Shown in pieces: positions 56,483 through 57,848 of a stretch of DNA of 57,848 bases (position 1 is its first letter; the number at the start of each line of letters is the position of its first letter). Below the pieces are notes generated by a model. That model searched no databases, was not told the origin of the DNA, and was given only the letters and a program-made list of their open reading frames with translations. This DNA is from Eubacteriales bacterium (GTDB taxonomy: Bacteria; Bacillota; Clostridia; Oscillospirales; CAG-272). The stretch spans positions 1 to 57,848 of the forward strand of contig JAZNJA010000246.1 of the NCBI GenBank assembly GCA_045577755.1. The letters are read 5' to 3'. The position numbers were made by a program, and so were the translations under genes.

Positions 56483-57388
56483 ATGGGCTATCGAAGTATC
56501 GTAATCTCTTCTGCCGTACGGCTGTCGGTCAAGAATCGGCAGTTGATCATTGAGGGCGAGGCAACGGGAACGGTACCCATTGAGGATATCCGTACCTTGA
56601 TGATCGAAAGCCGCGCGGCTTCCATTACTACGTATGCTCTCTCCATACTCTCCGAAGAGGGCGTATGCGTGTATATCTGTGATGAAAAGCACCTTCCCAG
56701 CGCGGTCCTGCAGCCCATTGGCCGATATAGTCGGCAAAGGAAGCAGATCCTGACTCAGATCGGGCAGAGCAAGCCGGCACTGAAGCGGATGTGGCAGGAT
56801 ATCGTGGAGGCCAAGATCACCAATCAAGCCGTCTGTCTTGCCCTGTGCGGAGTGGATGCGGAATATGCCAAGCAGGTGGGACATATGGTACTCAAGGTTC
56901 AGTCTGGCGACGCGACCAACGTGGAGGGGCAGGCCGCGGCGCTGTATTTTCCCTATCTGTTTGGGTATGGTTTTACCAGAAACGAGGAGAATGGGATCAA
57001 CGCGGCCTTGAACTACGGATACGCCATCGTGCGGGGATATATTGCACGTACCTTGGCAAACTATGGCTTTGAGCCCTGCATCGGGATCCATCATCACAGC
57101 GAGCTGAATAATTACAATCTGGCTGACGATCTCATTGAGCCGTTCCGACCTATGGTGGATCTTTTCGTGTTTCATCACATGGAGGACGAGGAGCTGTCTC
57201 CGTTCCACAAACGTGAGCTTTGCAACATTCTGAATTACGAAATGCTGTCGGGTGGTGAGCATCACAGCATGGCCTACGCCATTGAGCGTTTGGTGCATAG
57301 CTTTGAGCGTTGCCTGTATGATGAAGGGAAACAGGAACAACTACTGCTCCCGACGATAGAAGCGTTGAAACGCCACGAATATGAGTAA
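56483..57388 (+). CDS. cas1: Type II Cas1
   Basis: VPIEDI, NVEGQAA..YF, NAALNYGY, GIHH, NLADDLIEPFRP. Confidence 0.96.
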   Translation: MGYRSIVISSAVRLSVKNRQLIIEGEATGTVPIEDIRTLMIESRAASITTYALSILSEEGVCVYICDEKHLPSAVLQPIGRYSRQRKQILTQIGQSKPALKRMWQDIVEAKITNQAVCLALCGVDAEYAKQVGHMVLKVQSGDATNVEGQAAALYFPYLFGYGFTRNEENGINAALNYGYAIVRGYIARTLANYGFEPCIGIHHHSELNNYNLADDLIEPFRPMVDLFVFHHMEDEELSPFHKRELCNILNYEMLSGGEHHSMAYAIERLVHSFERCLYDEGKQEQLLLPTIEALKRHEYE

Positions 57389-57701
57389 GTTTATGAGAAT
57401 GATGGTATTTTTTGATCTACCCGTAAAAACGAAAGCCCAGCGGCGGGTCGCCACGGGCTTTCGGAACTTTCTTCTGAAGGACGGGTATCACATGATCCAG
57501 TATTCCCTGTACGCGCGAGTCTGTAACGGAAACGATGCTGTGGAAAAGCACGAAAAAAGGCTTCGTGCCGCTCTCCCCGATAACGGATCGGTCCGCTTGC
57601 TGGTCGTGACCGAGAAGCAATACGAATCCATTCGGGTTCTGGTTGGAAAACTGAAGGAAGAAGAGGAACGCCCGGCCGACGAACAGCTTTCCTTTTTCTG
57701 A
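57381..57701 (+). CDS. cas2: Cas2
   Basis: MMVFFDLPV, FRNFLLKDGY.MIQYS.YAR, TEKQY. Confidence 0.96.
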   Translation: MSKFMRMMVFFDLPVKTKAQRRVATGFRNFLLKDGYHMIQYSLYARVCNGNDAVEKHEKRLRAALPDNGSVRLLVVTEKQYESIRVLVGKLKEEEERPADEQLSFF

Positions 57702-57713
57702 AAAACAAAGAAA

Positions 57714-57763
57714 AAAGGGGCTGAGTCAAAAGCTTTTCAGAAAGCGAATGGCTCAGCCCTTTT
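57714..57763. terminator. Bidirectional terminator-like hairpin after cas2
   Basis: AAAGGGGCTGAGTCA...TGGCTCAGCCCTTTT. Confidence 0.65.
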
Positions 57764-57848
57764 CTATGTAAGCCAACACTTATAAGCCCCAACAAAAGAA
57801 AAAGCCTCCAAAAGAGGCCAAAATGAGTACGACAAAAAGAGGATCCCA

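Overview
Chromosomal window from a spore-forming Clostridia-like Firmicute (inferred from gene content). Positions 1-33.7 kb are GC-rich core genome. They hold an SGNH/GH84/GNAT glycan cluster, tyrA, a T-box(Leu)-controlled leuS, a yjjG-murB-whiA-udg-AEC operon, amino-sugar kinase/SIS genes and rpsB-tsf. They also hold an orphan fused Wzc-type tyrosine kinase with a PHP phosphatase, spoVB-like flippase, namZ, rubredoxin, hup-yabO-yabP-yabQ-divIC and smpB-ssrA, plus three structured non-autonomous repeat elements. An ~18.8 kb island (33727-52493) is integrated in the 3' end of tmRNA, bounded by the direct repeat ATCTCCACCA and carrying a large serine recombinase whose att sites appear to use the tmRNA T-loop GGTTCGA as a binding motif. 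Its cargo comprises XRE/TPR-like regulators, an ApeA-like HEPN protein, a tandem pair of MutS-domain-V-like ATPases, a heterodimeric ABC exporter pair and a fused ABC-ATPase/TOPRIM (PARIS-like) protein. Several cargo modules end in related GCCGAG(A/G)G...CTCTCGGC hairpins. Right of attR is a type II-C cas9-cas1-cas2 operon; no CRISPR array or tracrRNA is identifiable inside the window. Family calls come from motif recognition by eye, and GC statements are visual estimates.
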